The notes under the pieces are model-generated. The model saw nothing but the letters and a program-made list of their open reading frames with translations. It was not told the origin of the DNA and did no database searches. The translations under genes and the position numbers were made by a program. Shown here one piece after another: positions 51,201-64,000 of a stretch of 64,000 nt of DNA; position 1 is the first letter of the stretch, and the number at the start of each line of letters is the position of its first letter. The DNA is from Lytechinus pictus (taxonomy: Eukaryota). The DNA lies in the NCBI RefSeq assembly GCF_037042905.1, contig NC_087245.1, positions 37,574,001-37,638,000 on the forward strand, read 5' to 3'.

Positions 51201-54200
51201 ATTACAAGCATTCCCACGTTCCCATTGTTCTCTCGATGTGAGATATACAAGCATAGATTTATAAGAAGGCTTATAGGAATATACTTAAGCTAATCATTAC
51301 AGACTCTAAATTGACAAAAAAGATAAAGTCACTGTTTAAAAATGCAAATTGGCAACTATTCAGTGAAATAATTCTTTTATCACTGGTTTTGACTCATACA
51401 TCCAAATTGTATTTGTCAAAATATGAAAATGAATGGAAAATTAAGAATTGTTGCCAATTTGAGGAACAAAATAAGATTGACTTGGACCTTGTAAAATCTG
51501 CATACCTACATGGGTTACAATCATTTTTTTTCTTTTGACACCCATGGGTGACCTTTTATGAAAATGTATGACAATGTATGAAAATGATATGCATCAATAT
51601 TTATGTTATTTCTGTTGGAAATAAATAAGAATCTGAAACCTTTTTATGCTGGTTCTTCCGCAGCTTCGAAGGGATTAAGTAACTTTGTGATCGTGGTTTG
51701 CAAAAAATCTGAGCCGTGGGGCCCTAATTGCTGTCAGGGCATGCAGTAATGTTTGAGAGAAAATTTTATTTCATTAGCATCATTACATGCATCGTAATAA
51801 AAAAAGAAGTGATGATTTTCCCTCCATAGTCTACAGATGCTTATGGCTGTAGTCATCATTATCACAGCAATTAAGTGACCAATTAGCTTGAAAAAATCTT
51901 AGGTGATTCCTCTTTTACTTTAAGGGTTGTAATTACATGCATGATTACAGCATTACAAGCAAGAGAAAAGGATATTTTTGGATGCTGAATGAAGCCAAAC
52001 AGTGCCTTTGACTTACCCCCGACATGAACTCCATGAAGATGGACAGCGTTCCGTTCTCCTCGAGACAACCAAAGTATTGCACTATCCTAGGGTGCTGCAG
52101 GTTACGCAATAACTCGATCTCTTGCTTCAGCGATTGCACCTCCTGAGATGAAATAAAAATCACGCATTTCTCCGTGTTACAGACGGTCAAGACTCACCTC
52201 AAACGAGGGGAGTGTTTCGTGAAAGAAAGAGTCTGTGATTTCAAACTGACTTCTGTTATAGGCTACTAAAATCCTTGCACCCGATTGGCTCACGACAAAA
52301 AAGTGAGTGAAAGTCAATTAACGTTTGTTCCATGAAACATCCCCAGGTGTTTCTGCAGTAACAGGTGCTGTCTTTCAGCCAGAGTAGACTCATATTTATG
52401 ACTTAAATTTAGATTAAGTATCCAAAACAGGATTATGTCTTCAGTAATAATAATCAACAATATTTGTATAATGCTTATCACAAGACATCTATCTCTCTTA
52501 AGTGCTCAGTTCCCTGAAGCTTGCCACCGGATTGGGTGAATTCATGGAAAATGGGTGTAAAAGGTGTAGAACACATCACATTTGTGAAAGGGAGCATGCT
52601 CTACCCACTCATTCAATGAACAAGGTTATGATATAACCTTGTTCTCAGTTATATCTCCATGTGTGGCAAAATAAGGGTAGCAATGTTTGGCTTATTTTCT
52701 CTTTTTCTTTGGGACAAATGCTTGATTTTTTTACACTGACAGTTTCCATTACACATACAACTTGGCCCTTAAGTAAATTTGATTCTTTAAATTATTTTTT
52801 TCTAAATTAAAAATAGAGATAAAAAATGAAAATTTTCTTGCCATATTATTTTCCACCAATAGAGGGCGTACACAAAAATATGCCAAATATTCAAGTTTTT
52901 GAGCGCTCTAGTGAATACAAAAAATATTCCCAAGTTACTAATGAAAAACAAAATTGCAACTGTACGGAAATTAGTAATTTTGGTCACAAAAGTGATATTT
53001 TAATCATTCTTTAAAGTGTGTGCTCTGTACAGCATTGGCATGCCATAGTCCAACCTGTAGATTCCCCACAGGCAGGGTGGTTGCAGTGAACAAGTGGCTC
53101 TACCATGTATTCACCGATGAGATCACTCGTTAGATATCATGTGCCTACCCCCCCCCCCTTTAAAAATTGATACTTTTAAACTTTTAATTACCAAAAATGC
53201 CACCGAAAAATACTTTTACACACAATTAAGTGTCCAATTAGTGGGATTCTGTGACAGCTGCACTTCTGTTTTTTTTTTTTTTTTTCAGGGAAAATTACAC
53301 AGTCACACACGATTTGTGAAATGGACTTACTTTTCTAGCATCAGTATTGCTATTTTCGGTAGGAACCTGTTTGACCGCTAACTCTCTACCAGTATCCGCA
53401 TCGTAGCAGACGTAGACAACCCCAAACGCTCCCTGTCCCAACAGCCTCCCTCTCTGCCAATTAGTTGGTGCTCTGGGTGCTAAGTATTGGGTGAAAATAA
53501 GACATATGTGAACGGAGCATATTGTCACTAAACATAAGAATTACAACAGGTTTATTGGATTTTATATAGATTTAATTTTTTTCTCGATTCATTTCATTTA
53601 TAAAAAAGTGTAATAAAAACATATTACATCCAATTCAATTAGAACAAAAAATATAAATATACACTGTATACAAGTAAAGGTAAGAAAATAAATAAATAAC
53701 AAGAGGAAAAAAATGAGAATATGGGAAAGCCAGCATAGGACAATGGTTTTCAAAGGCCGGGCTCCTGAAACTATAATATAATGACCCTAATAAGTATAGG
53801 ACAGAGAGAGAGACTACTACAAGAACTAGAAGAATGAAAGTAAGGTCTGTATAAAAAAAAGAAAAGATACATGTATTTCATGCAATTTGAAGCAGCAGGA
53901 AACATCCAGATGGATGAATTCTTCTGAGGTCATTCACCTTTACTTTGATGATATCACACAGACATATATATATTTTTTTAATTTGTCTCCTAATTCATCA
54001 CAGTTGTCCATGGTCTATAATAAACTGATTTTCAAAAAATTGAAAAAAAAATGTTAAAAAGATAAAAAGTTTTGTTTGAAAAAGTATGAAAGATAACAAC
54101 TGTCTTAAGTGGTTTTGATTTCAAAACAAAAACACTGATGGTTATAGATATAACTTAGAACTGCAAAGAAGAAAGAAATATTTAGTGAAAATGGGCATTA

Positions 54201-57200
54201 TTGTAGGTAAATAGGTGGGAAAAAAATCTACTGCTCCACTTGATAATCACTTTGTTGAGTGCAGATTGATTGTACACCATATATACTTAAGTGGGCATGG
54301 GATAAGGGACCGACCAAACTCAACACTTGACAAGTGTCTTCTTGACAAGAACACACTCGTCAAAACGTCAGGTTTGGCTGGTCTTTTTCAGGACCTACAC
54401 GTGCCAATAATAGAATACACGATGTACAGTGAAACCTCTATATTAATGGAAACCTTTAAGAGGATAAATTTCTTACATCTTGTATTATCAACTAGATTGA
54501 AGGACTTGGGATGTCCTCCGGCTAGACCCTCAAGATCGCCTTCAGTCCACCGCCTTGGAATGCTACTGTCTGTATCATAATCAGGGCTGATACCGCTGCT
54601 ACTGCTCCTCCCCAGCGACGACATCGAATCGGATATCGAGTGCTGGTCATCGTGCATCGCCGTCAGCGGCGCCCTCTTGCCTCGGCTCGGAAATGTTTTG
54701 CGACCTGAGAAAGGTTGGAGGCGGGAAACGATAAGTCACGGCATGAGTTTTGGTTGGTTGGTTATCAAGTCTATTCAATTACTCAAAAAGAAATAAATAT
54801 TGGAGGGGGGGGGGCACTACAGTACACTTGTGGTCTTTACAGGCAGGCGGTTCTTGGTACGTACATTTATACAACGGTTGGTTAATACCCATTCATCGTC
54901 ATCAATCTGGCTTATTCAGCACCTTTCCGAGACACGTATTTAATCCATCTATTCTGCTATAAGAGGATAATGGATTGCATGGACTAAGCTGATTATTCTG
55001 AGGTGTTTAATCATTGTTTTAGTGGCTCAAACATGGAGTAGTGTATGCAGTGCTTTGTAACCAAAATGGCGCTACATCATATGACTATTGGATCGAGTGC
55101 CCCCCCCCCCCCACCCCTGACAAGTCCACATTCGTGAAACCTTAATAATTCATTTATCACCAAACTATGTAACATGTTCACTGTAATGAGTTGAAAACCA
55201 GCATAGTAATATTACATGAATATGGGGCCCAATACATAACACATGTAATATCAATAAGGAACTAAAATCTGAAAATTAAATAAAAGAGTGTAATCAGGCC
55301 TGCAAACCTACATGTATGAAGAAATGTATTCTTTGATCCCCAAAAAACTGTATTTTATCCCCGTAACTGTATTCGATGATAAAATGCACTCTGCTTTTGC
55401 AGATGAAAAAGAAAAAAAAACACTGAAAAACATTGGTTTAAAAAAAATGATTAAAGACATTCGTTCATGTTCTTTGCTTGGAAAAAAAAACCTTGTTTGT
55501 TACTGGAGAGATAAAAGTTACCTGTAATTACATTCATTCAATTACCTACACTTGTGTATGTTTTATGGAATACAGATGATTTTCTCAGTAAAATATGAAT
55601 TTCTAAAAAAAATGATAGAAAATCGTATCTTTTGAAGAAAAGGTGCAGTTGTAAAAAGCATACTAAAAATAGCAAAAAAAGTACTGGTTGGTAGCTCTGT
55701 ATAATAGTTTATTATTAAAGGGGAATCCAGCCTTGGCCATAAAATGTTGTGTTGGGAAGGAGAAAAATAGATTAAACAGAATGGTGACAGTTTGAAAGAA
55801 ATCGGACAAGCAATAAGAAAGTTATAGCTTCTTTAAAATTGAGATCACTAATACTATGTAGATTTCAAATTGGCAACTGTGTAAGTAAATTATGACAAGG
55901 GGCAAGGACAATAAACCCATAGACCATGTACTTTATTATCAGGGATTTGTGGTTTTCTCCTAAGTACTCATTCCCCTGGGGCAGTAATCTAAATATAACC
56001 CATGTAGTATATTGTTTTATGTCCTCATGAAAGAAAAATACAATTTGAAATAAAACTTTTGGGAAAAATGACATTTTAGCCATAATATGTATTGGAGTAC
56101 ATGGAAGAGTAGTCCTTGCCTTACATCACTATGACATCCCATATGCGGCCAATTTGAAGTCTCCATGGGTATAGAGATTACCAATATTTACAACTTTTAA
56201 AAATTCATAACTTTCTTGTTGTTTGTCCAATATTGTTCAAACTTTCACCTATCAACTTGTCTGATTTTTCCTTTCCTTATTAAAAACAAGTTTTTATTTG
56301 GGTTGGATTCCCCTTTAAGTTTTGAGTAAAGATTGATGAATCTTACCATCTTCCGTATCTATTCTGGAAGTCTTGACGCTTTGCCTCGAAGGAAAGGTTC
56401 CTCCTTTGATCATACCACGACCTATTTGCGAATTTTCTGCGAGAATGGTACAAATTGGAAAAAAAAGGAATGGTTGACATTAGAGCTTAGATTCTAATCA
56501 ACAAGAATTATGAACACTTCACATCAGCTGGATGAGTACTGAAATGGTGCTCTAGTCTGGGGCCTGTTTCATATGGACTTATAGCTATAGTAATTTTGCC
56601 ATTATAGCAATTTCAAAGGTAACAGTGCTCCACTGCCAAAGCAGAGAAAAAAAATCTTAATTTTTGAGGACTACTTCTCACAACTTACTACCCGAATCTT
56701 CAACATTGGATAAGCTTTAACATTGCAACGAATGGATTTCAAGGGCTCTATTGAGCATTTTATTGCCCCGAGCCCCCGTTTAATTTTTTTCCTGAACCAA
56801 AGCTGTACCTGTCTACTATAAAACGGGCCACTGGTCCCTAAAATGTGAATAGAGGATTCATATCTCGCCGCAAAGCTAATCTCCTTCGCAAGAACAAAAT
56901 GTGTACTTTAGCAGGAAAACAACTTTACAGGGTAAAAGCTAATAGATTCCAACAAGAATGTCTTGTGTTGAAAAAATCAATGGAATGTTTTTTTTAATAT
57001 TCAAGGCTGATAATATGATTACTGCAACGATAATGGTCATCTAAAAATCAAAGAACTAAATATTATACTTACCAAAGTCTTCGTGGTTCGCACAACTCTG
57101 CGACTTGAACATTTTACCTGTGGCACTGTGGAATATAAGAATAAAGAATAGTTCAGGTGTCTTGATCGGTATGTTTTTAATCAATATTTCGTCAAATATG

Positions 57201-60200
57201 AAGTTTCCTCGAACTCATTACTTGGCGAGCATCTTTTTTATATGGATCATTTCATATTCTCAACTGTGACTGTTCAGCAATACTTAGGATGATTCACAAA
57301 GGGGATGAATCAACTAAAATTAACTCAGTCTAGTGTTGTGAAAGAGTACAATAATAAATGCACGATTTTATCACAGGGTGCTCAATTCATGATAATCATG
57401 AATTGAGCACCCTGTGATAAAACAATCATTAATTGTTTTTATGGATACAGCATTAATGAGCCCACCATTGTATGTACTGGCTATGTGGCTTCTGAGCCAA
57501 ACCAGGTATCTAAAGAACTGAAACCAAGGTCTGAGTCTGAGAAAGGAGATAATCAAAATATCACATCCCTGTTATACTTGAGCGTCCCCCTCCCCCACCC
57601 TTAGGTTTAGGTAACTTAATTCAAATAAACATTGGGCTTATTAATTCAAAACAGATAACTCATTATCCTTGGGGAGAAGCATGAATTGAGCTTGACCAAT
57701 GACAATAGTATGCATTCATTATTGGACTCTTTTCTATTAATCAAGCAAAAATCATGCATGAAGTACGCATACAACATGGTTTCAGAACATGTTTGCTGCG
57801 ACTACCTCCCTTAATTTCAAACCACGGCCCCATCTTACAAAGAGTTACGGCTGATCCAATCAATAGTAAATCTATGGAAATCCATCAGTGTCATAATTTT
57901 TTCTACAGGAAATTTGCACAATGTCCTTTGTATAAACAAAGAGAAGCACAGTGAATTTTCAAGAAAACAATAAATGCCTGATATACATCAAAGCTAGAAA
58001 ATATATTCATAGTTGTTGACGTTGCTGGCTGGCGTCCATAGGTACGATGGATTGGATCGATTGCAAATCTACGTAAGACGGGCCCCAGTTCTATTTGACT
58101 GACTCATACAAGAAAGATGTAACTTCTGAAGGTTTCCATGGTGAAGAAGAATGTCGTGGTGTCACGGTACACCATGTATTCTTTCTCATGAAGACAACGA
58201 GGACACACTTGTTGTAACATTAAGTTTGGGTGGTCCTTTTCAGGACCAACATATGCCCACGTAAGAATAGATGGTGTACCGTGAAACCCACTACACTCTT
58301 GTGAAACCTGCCCTGTGCGTTCACATACCTTCCTAATGAATGACTACCCATCCTGAGTTTATCTAGTGACTGTTGGCTTCCATCTGGGCTACCAATTATT
58401 CTCTGCTAAAAAAAAACCATAATAAATAAATCATACCAAATTATTTATGATTCATGTTTGACTTGCTTCATGATAGGTATATTTACAACCCTGGTGGGTG
58501 TTTCATAAAGCCGCTCGTGAGTTAAGCGTGACTTTAAGAACGACTGTTGATTCTTTTTTGTGGTAAATGGTAGATTCATTTGGAATGGTTTAGTGCGTAA
58601 GAAAGGATCACCAGTCGTTCTTAAAGTCGCTCTTAACTTACGAACAGCTTTATGAAACGGCCCCCAGGTCCCATTTCATAAAGGCTTGATAAAATAATAA
58701 ATACACAATATCTTTAACAAATTTCCTCTCGGCCAATCCTTTTGAAGAATTTTGGTAGCTTTTAAAATCTGTTATTGAAAATTTATTATAACCAGTTTAA
58801 TATAAGAAGCCCCTGCCAACCGAAAATGCATGTAAATATTACAAGGCAGAGAGCTATTTTAAGGTTGACAGATTGAAGTCATGATAAAGTTACAGACATG
58901 AGATAAACAACAACAAAAAAATTATTACACTTTTAACAATAATGGATGAACAATTTTTCATTAAGGATAAAAAAAAACATCACAACTTTAGAATAGCAAA
59001 GGACATATGCTATATCCACCAAGAGGAAGAGTCTGTTGCCCCTAGAGGAGAGCTTGTTCTTATAATCAAAGATAATCCATCAAACCAGACTAGATTATAG
59101 ATAATCCTTGGGGGAGATTACCATGAAACCCTACTTATTCTAATCCTCATATCTCCATCAACTGTCAAGAGAATAGATACAGTCAGGGCACCAAGTACCC
59201 TGATGAAGATCATTCTTATTGGATTGTTGTTGGTAAATTGAATATTGAAATTCAACAATTCTTGTCAAATCTCCCAACATCAGACTCTCTTAATCTAATC
59301 CTGCATGAAATTTGCATGATGTGAGAATGGGATGAATAAAAATTCAAAGCTTTAAATCATTCGATAATATGATAAAAAGCATGAAATCAAATAACAATGA
59401 TGTGGTGAATTAGATTGTAGGCATGCTTGTAAATTGCGGTTTGAAAGAATTCTGAAGAAAAAAAAACAGATTTATAACTTCCTTTCTCACAGACACACTT
59501 CATTAGGATTTGGTTTGACATAATTGTGTTTGATACAGGGAATTTACATTCTAATACAAGAATCTGACCATGATGTAGTAATTTACTGTGAAGTGCTAAA
59601 GAGGTTTAGTGAATATAACTCAGCTACAGATCCAAAGGGCTGGAATCCTGATTCCCCTGGATGTGTAATTTTTTTAAAAACTTTATTTCTGGGCAGGGGG
59701 GGTTCATAATTATGCCTTTTACTTGCTAATTCAATTCACTATTTGCTTGGGGTGTCAACAAACAAATTGAACAGCTTTCTTGGAATAATTCTTGGAATAA
59801 AACGAACAATATATTTTTGCAAATGTCGGCAATTTTACCTCTTCTGGTGGTTCTGGAATAAAGGCACCCTCTCCGTACGATTGATGCCGCATGCTCATGC
59901 TAGCCATGGACTCGTCCGCCGGCACGTAGCCGGGGGGCGGAGACGGGTTAGCGTTGTCTCGGGTGGGCATCTCCTGTGTGGAGTAGCGTTTGTGGGTGTC
60001 GTGACTGGTATGGATGTGATGGTGTTCCTGGGGCACCGACTGGGATCGAGCCGGGGACGTGTGCTTGGGCTGCGAGGTGCTACCACAGGTTCGGATCTAA
60101 AAAAAAATCAATGGAGAATTATCGGTATCAATGACTGAGAACAAGAGAACGGCCCGTATTGTGAAGTCCGGTCTAACTTTATTAGGCCATGGTCTAACAC

Positions 60201-61315
60201 TGTTAAAATTATGGGAAGCTAAAAATTTCAAAATTGCTTTTACATTTTATGTTTCCTATCTTTACTTGGCTCTTTCCTCATGTTTAAATGACGAAGAGAA
60301 CTATTTCAGTAATCATCCCTCCTCGGTTCTGAATATGAGTGTCGAATTAGACGACAAATTGAACTTGCACCATGAGAGATACCTGTCACAATTGGGTATC
60401 CATAGTTAAACCACGACTTAAGACCAGAGTTTGAATGAAACCCGGGTTCAGAAAACAGGCAAATGTCTGTTATGGCTTTTACCGTTAACTTGGTTCAGCT
60501 CAAAGAGGATTTATGGTAATTTTGTATGTAAATTCATCATGGTTTATGCGTATCAAAATCCATTCCGCCACTTCTTGCCCAAGGGCTGGTTGCAGAAAAA
60601 AGTTACGTTTCAGTTCGATCGCATCTCAAAAAATAAAGAGTTCAAAAGATGCAAAAGAAATAAGTGGGAAATATAACATCATCAGTTCGCTTATCGCATA
60701 TTTAATGAAGACATGCAAAGAACCGTTTCACCGAAATAATGCGAAACTTTTGACATTGTTATTCCTTTTTTTCCGATTTTGATGACATTTTCAGGGTTAC
60801 ATGCATGTTGAACCTCTTTATTTTCAGCCTGGGCCCCGTCTTACAAAGAGTTACGATTGATCCAATCAATTGTAACTCCATGGAAATCCATCAGAGTCAT
60901 AATTTTTTCTGCAGGAAAATGAGCACAATGTCCTTCGTAAACAAAGAGAAGCACAGTGAATTTTCAAGACACGATGAATGCATGAATATACATCATAGCT
61001 AGAAAATATTTTGAACAAAATGCATGACAGATGTTGACATTGCTGGCCGTCCATAGTTGCGATAGATCGGATCAATTGCAATTCTTTGTAAGACGGGGCC
61101 CTGGAGTATCCCTTTAGCTTTGTGAAAACACCCCCTCTAGTGATGATACTTACTGCAGTGTCATAAAGATCTCGTTTGGAGCTGCCATTGTTATTTGAAG
61201 ACGAACCCGGTGTGGAAAGTTCTAGATGAAGCCTGAGACTTTTGGCGTTGGGGTTATTATCCGTGACCTCTACCGCTTGATTTAAATCCGTCTGATCCCG
61301 AATCGGGATTAGTAA
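48058..61315 (-). CDS. MAP3K2/3: MEKK2/MEKK3-type MAP kinase kinase kinase, 5'-partial (11 coding exons, 561 aa visible)
   Basis: complement join(61154..61315,59839..60096,58329..58405,57073..57125,56347..56436,54477..54704,53331..53479,52017..52142,49883..50012,49163..49337,48058..48295) is phase-consistent. Motifs: PB1 C-terminus, [82 protein letters not shown]. Confidence 0.95.
48697..48824. mobile_element. Short palindromic Harbinger-like MITE
   Basis: GGCCCGTAACACAAAG / CTTTGTGTTACGGGACC. Confidence 0.75.
49163..49337 (-). CDS. MAP3K2/3: MAP3K kinase exon, subdomains VII-IX
   Basis: [18 protein letters not shown]...GTPYWMSPE...ADVW, aag/gtaagt, 175 nt. Confidence 0.97.
49883..50012 (-). 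CDS. MAP3K2/3: MAP3K kinase exon, subdomain VI
   Basis: [15 protein letters not shown]...IVHRDIK, cag/gtttgg, 130 nt. Confidence 0.97.
50326..50597. mobile_element. Harbinger-like MITE, about 270 bp
   Basis: TIR GGCCCCGTCTTACAAAGAGTT; copies at 57826..58085 and 60832..61100. Confidence 0.85.
52017..52142 (-). CDS. MAP3K2/3: MAP3K kinase exon, subdomains III-V
   Basis: [26 protein letters not shown]...FMEFMSG, cag/gtaagt, 126 nt. Confidence 0.97.
53331..53479 (-). CDS. MAP3K2/3: MAP3K kinase exon, subdomains I-II
   Basis: [38 protein letters not shown], tag/gtaagt, 149 nt. Confidence 0.97.
54477..54704 (-). CDS. MAP3K2/3: MAP3K linker exon (RKTFPSRG...[11 protein letters not shown]...)
   Basis: cag acceptor, gtaaga donor, 228 nt. 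Confidence 0.9.
55719..56314. mobile_element. TTAA-flanked (Kolobok-like) MITE
   Basis: ttaa|AGGGGAATCCAGCC ... GGTTGGATTCCCCT|ttaa. Confidence 0.85.
56347..56436 (-). CDS. MAP3K2/3: MAP3K linker exon ([29 protein letters not shown])
   Basis: cag acceptor, gtaaga donor, 90 nt, KGGT(F/Y)P motif. Confidence 0.9.
57073..57125 (-). CDS. MAP3K2/3: MAP3K linker exon ([17 protein letters not shown])
   Basis: cag acceptor, gtaagt donor, 53 nt, restores phase between its neighbours. Confidence 0.8.
57826..58085. mobile_element. Harbinger-like MITE
   Basis: Same family as 50326..50597. Confidence 0.8.
58329..58405 (-). CDS. MAP3K2/3: MAP3K linker exon ([25 protein letters not shown])
   Basis: tag acceptor (tagCAG tandem), gtatgt donor, 77 nt, phase fits. 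Confidence 0.82.
58493..58665. mobile_element. MITE with TTTCATAAAG / CTTTATGAAA ends (related copy near 37493..37655)
   Basis: Inverted ends and internal GACTTTAAGAACGAC / GTCGTTCTTAAAGTC. Confidence 0.7.
59839..60096 (-). CDS. MAP3K2/3: MAP3K linker exon (...[11 protein letters not shown]...[12 protein letters not shown])
   Basis: ttttag acceptor, gtaaaa donor, 258 nt. Confidence 0.92.
60832..61100. mobile_element. Harbinger-like MITE with CTG target duplication
   Basis: ctg|GGCCCCGTCTTACAAAGA ... TCTTTGTAAGACGGGGCC|ctg. Confidence 0.88.
61154..61315 (-). CDS. MAP3K2/3: MAP3K exon, C-terminal half of PB1 domain ([31 protein letters not shown]...)
   Basis: cag acceptor, gtaagt donor, 162 nt, resembles the MEKK2/3 PB1 end. 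Confidence 0.88.
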
Positions 61316-61359
61316 CTGAAGAGGAGAAGCAAATGGGGATGGGGCGGTCCATTTATCAA

Positions 61360-61646
61360 TGATAATACTAATATGCATTTATAGCGCCTTCTATCTAGAA
61401 ATAATCTGTTACGAGGTGCATTGTTGTTATTATTATTATTACCCTGGCTTTAGCTCGAGCTGCCTTTCAACGCTCCTGCATTCAAGGAATCAATCCTGCC
61501 GGGTACCCATTCACCTCACCTGGGTTGAGTGCAGCACAATGTGGGTAAATTTCTTGCTGATGGAAAACACGCCATGGCTGGGATTGAACCCCAAGTCCCT
61601 CGGATTGAAAGACGAGAGTCATAACCACTAGACCACGGCGCCCCCA
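61360..61646 (-). mobile_element. SINE, SURF1/MetaSINE-like, near full length
   Basis: Reverse complement of the 32855 family. Confidence 0.85.
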
Positions 61647-62536
61647 CAATCCATAATGATGAAATGGTCAATATGGTTTGATTTCATTCACATAATTTCA
61701 CAGTTCATCAATACCAAAAACTACAAATTCTCAACTGGTATGCATGATAATAAACAAAATACTGGATATCTATTTAACAGCTTATGAATCTAATGAATGG
61801 ATCAAAAGGTTAAGAAGATATCTGAATGCAAAATTGATTATTGCAAACACTAGTTCAATTTACTTCAGTATCAAATTGCCAGTGTTTTGGGTTTTTTTTT
61901 CTTTACTAAAATAAGACCAAACCAAATCCCTAACCCTGTGCACAAATAACCAAGGAGCTTCTTTATTAGCATGCAAAATGTGCATTTTTTTCTCATCAAA
62001 TATTTGAGATACTTTTTCTCAATAAACTCTATTCATGAGATATTCAACAAACTGCTCTGACAAACAGTCGTACCTCAGAAAAAGCTTCAATGTTCAGATT
62101 TCCATTTTACAAGAATCTCTCTTTATAAAAGATTAATTGAATCCAAACCAAGAACGGAAGTTTCATTGTTTAGATTTCATTTTACAAGAATCTCTTTCCA
62201 TATGAACAGCAAGATTTCATACATACCGAGAATGTATTATTATGATTGGTAAAGAACATATCCACTGGTTGCCCAAAGGTGGTCCTCGCTTTGCGAAGGA
62301 TGTCATCGAATTTGAGCGGTCTTGGAATTTGTAATATTCTGGAAATAAAGAGAAACGATTATGAGTAATCAAGCATCTATCCTCAATACCCAATATTTCT
62401 ATTTCATGGCATTTATATGTAGCTGAAGAAAACTTTAAAAAGCGTGAAGAGTAAATTCTCACAGCTACACAAATCTCATCTGAGAACACCATCTTGTAAA
62501 ACAACATGTAAGATACCATATCAGATGTCATGAGGG

Positions 62537-62825
62537 AGCGGAGCGAGTTAGCTCAGTCAGTAAAACGTCTGCCTGTTGAACCAAAGGTCGTGGGCTCGAA
62601 TCCACCCCGGGCGGATGTCTGAAGCCTGCATTGTGTGTAAACGTGTCCCTCCCCTGTTCCACAGATGCAGGCTACGTTAAAGTGGATAAAAACTGTCCCT
62701 CGGATAGGATGTTAAATGGATGTCCCATGTATAGAAGGGTCACCACCTTTGCATATTAAGAACCCACTGCACTATAGTATTCCCATAAGAGTAGGGGGGG
62801 AAACCCCGGTGCAGCAGTCCACTTC
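62537..62825 (+). mobile_element. tRNA-headed SINE with Deu-domain-like core (DeuSINE-like)
   Basis: TAGCTCAGTC A box, GGCTCGAATCC B box, then GGATGTTAAATGGATGTCCC...TTAAGAACCCACTGCAC...AAGAGTAGGGG, recalled as resembling the Deu consensus. Confidence 0.65.
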
Positions 62826-64000
62826 AGACAGGTATACTCCATCTTATGAAAATTAAACTTGATTCTTCAAATACGTTCTGTAGTAACTTGATGATTGATT
62901 TTTCTATATTTTATGATACAGCTTTTCATGGGAACATAGCTTTAGTCACTCTTTCCTCGGTTTCAAGGTTTTAGACCCTGAAAACTTCTTTTCTCAGAAA
63001 TTACAGGAGTTTCACTTTCAAAGCAAGTATAAGCTTTTGATAGATCCATGACAAATTGTTAGCAGAATAACCCATTTGTCACACAACAAACCAATCGAAC
63101 ATGTAGTCAAGTTTTTTTTTTCTTCTCTCACTCTGTATCGCCCTTCACCAGGAAGGAGTGCAAACAGTTTATTCTTAGATCTCGTTTCTGCGTTAGAATC
63201 GCCTGTAGAGCGGAAACATCATCTCACACGGGAGGAAGACATTATTCACACACAATACTTCACACTCTGCTAACAAGACCGTGATTTATAGAATAGGAAA
63301 TTAATATGGAGACTTGGCATATATGTTCTCAATTACTTCTGATATCTCTCTAATGTCACCCAAGTGTCAACTTTGACAGGTCTGACTTGGAAAAACCCTT
63401 TCCATAAACCTGCTATTAAAACGGTTGTCATCGGCATTGGTATATAAGTTAAAACATCCCTAGTGAATTTACACGACAAAAATATAATTGTATCCATGGC
63501 GACAATAGATAATACATGAATTGACAATTTCTTTCATTTTAAGAAATCTGTAAACCCAAATGTTCTGAGCCAGCAAATATTGTACATTTGAAATTTAGTG
63601 AAAATAGAAGAAAATATGTTTATTTGAAAATGTTTTTAAATTTGAATTGATTCAAATATTGCATTGTCTCATACCATTAAGTGTGAACTTTGTGCCCTTA
63701 AAGCATGCATCCATTTCTTATTGTTTATTTTATGTTACAACTAAATTATAAAAGAAAATATTCATAAAACTATGGTTCAAATACCGTACACCTTTTTAAA
63801 TATGGGCATCATAGTTTCATGCATCTTGTTCTTTTGTGCATTTTCACAGGGTAAATGAACTACATACATGTGCGGACTGGTACATAGCTGATTTAAGTTA
63901 ACAGAGGGATGCTTGAATATAACAATTTGACAAAAAGAAGGCATATCTGAACTTTAGGAGAACTGAAATTGGATTTGAGGATTTTGCCCTTTTAAAATGT

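Noticed and set aside
62074..62115. Possible upstream MAP3K PB1 exon ending ...LNIEAFSE|gtacga
   Set aside because: In-frame TAA 12 codons upstream, no suitable acceptor and no PB1 similarity; the 5' exons are probably outside the window

Overview
AT-rich, repeat-dense animal genomic DNA. The repeat families suggest a sea urchin or related echinoderm, but that is inference. Two convergent intron-containing genes are present. The first is a complete 12-exon Arp3 (ACTR3) gene on + (CDS 13947..33484, 1257 nt, 418 aa, all GT-AG introns, phases consistent). The second is the 3' eleven coding exons of a MEKK2/3-type MAP3K on - (48058..61315; end of PB1, linker, full kinase domain); its 5' exons were not found in the window. 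The first 11.4 kb is a nested stack of non-autonomous DNA transposons, three with exact 8-bp target-site duplications, plus two 5'-truncated LINEs. Introns and UTRs carry tRNA-derived SINEs and TTAA-, Harbinger- and Helentron-type MITEs. The most unusual unexplained signals are (i) a candidate spliced transcription unit nested in Arp3 intron 2, with its own promoter-like island and a possible 55-aa membrane micropeptide ORF next to a Helitron-like end, and (ii) a degraded intronless SAM-domain ORF bracketed by direct repeats downstream of the MAP3K stop. Almost all listed short ORFs are artefacts of low-complexity or repeat sequence.
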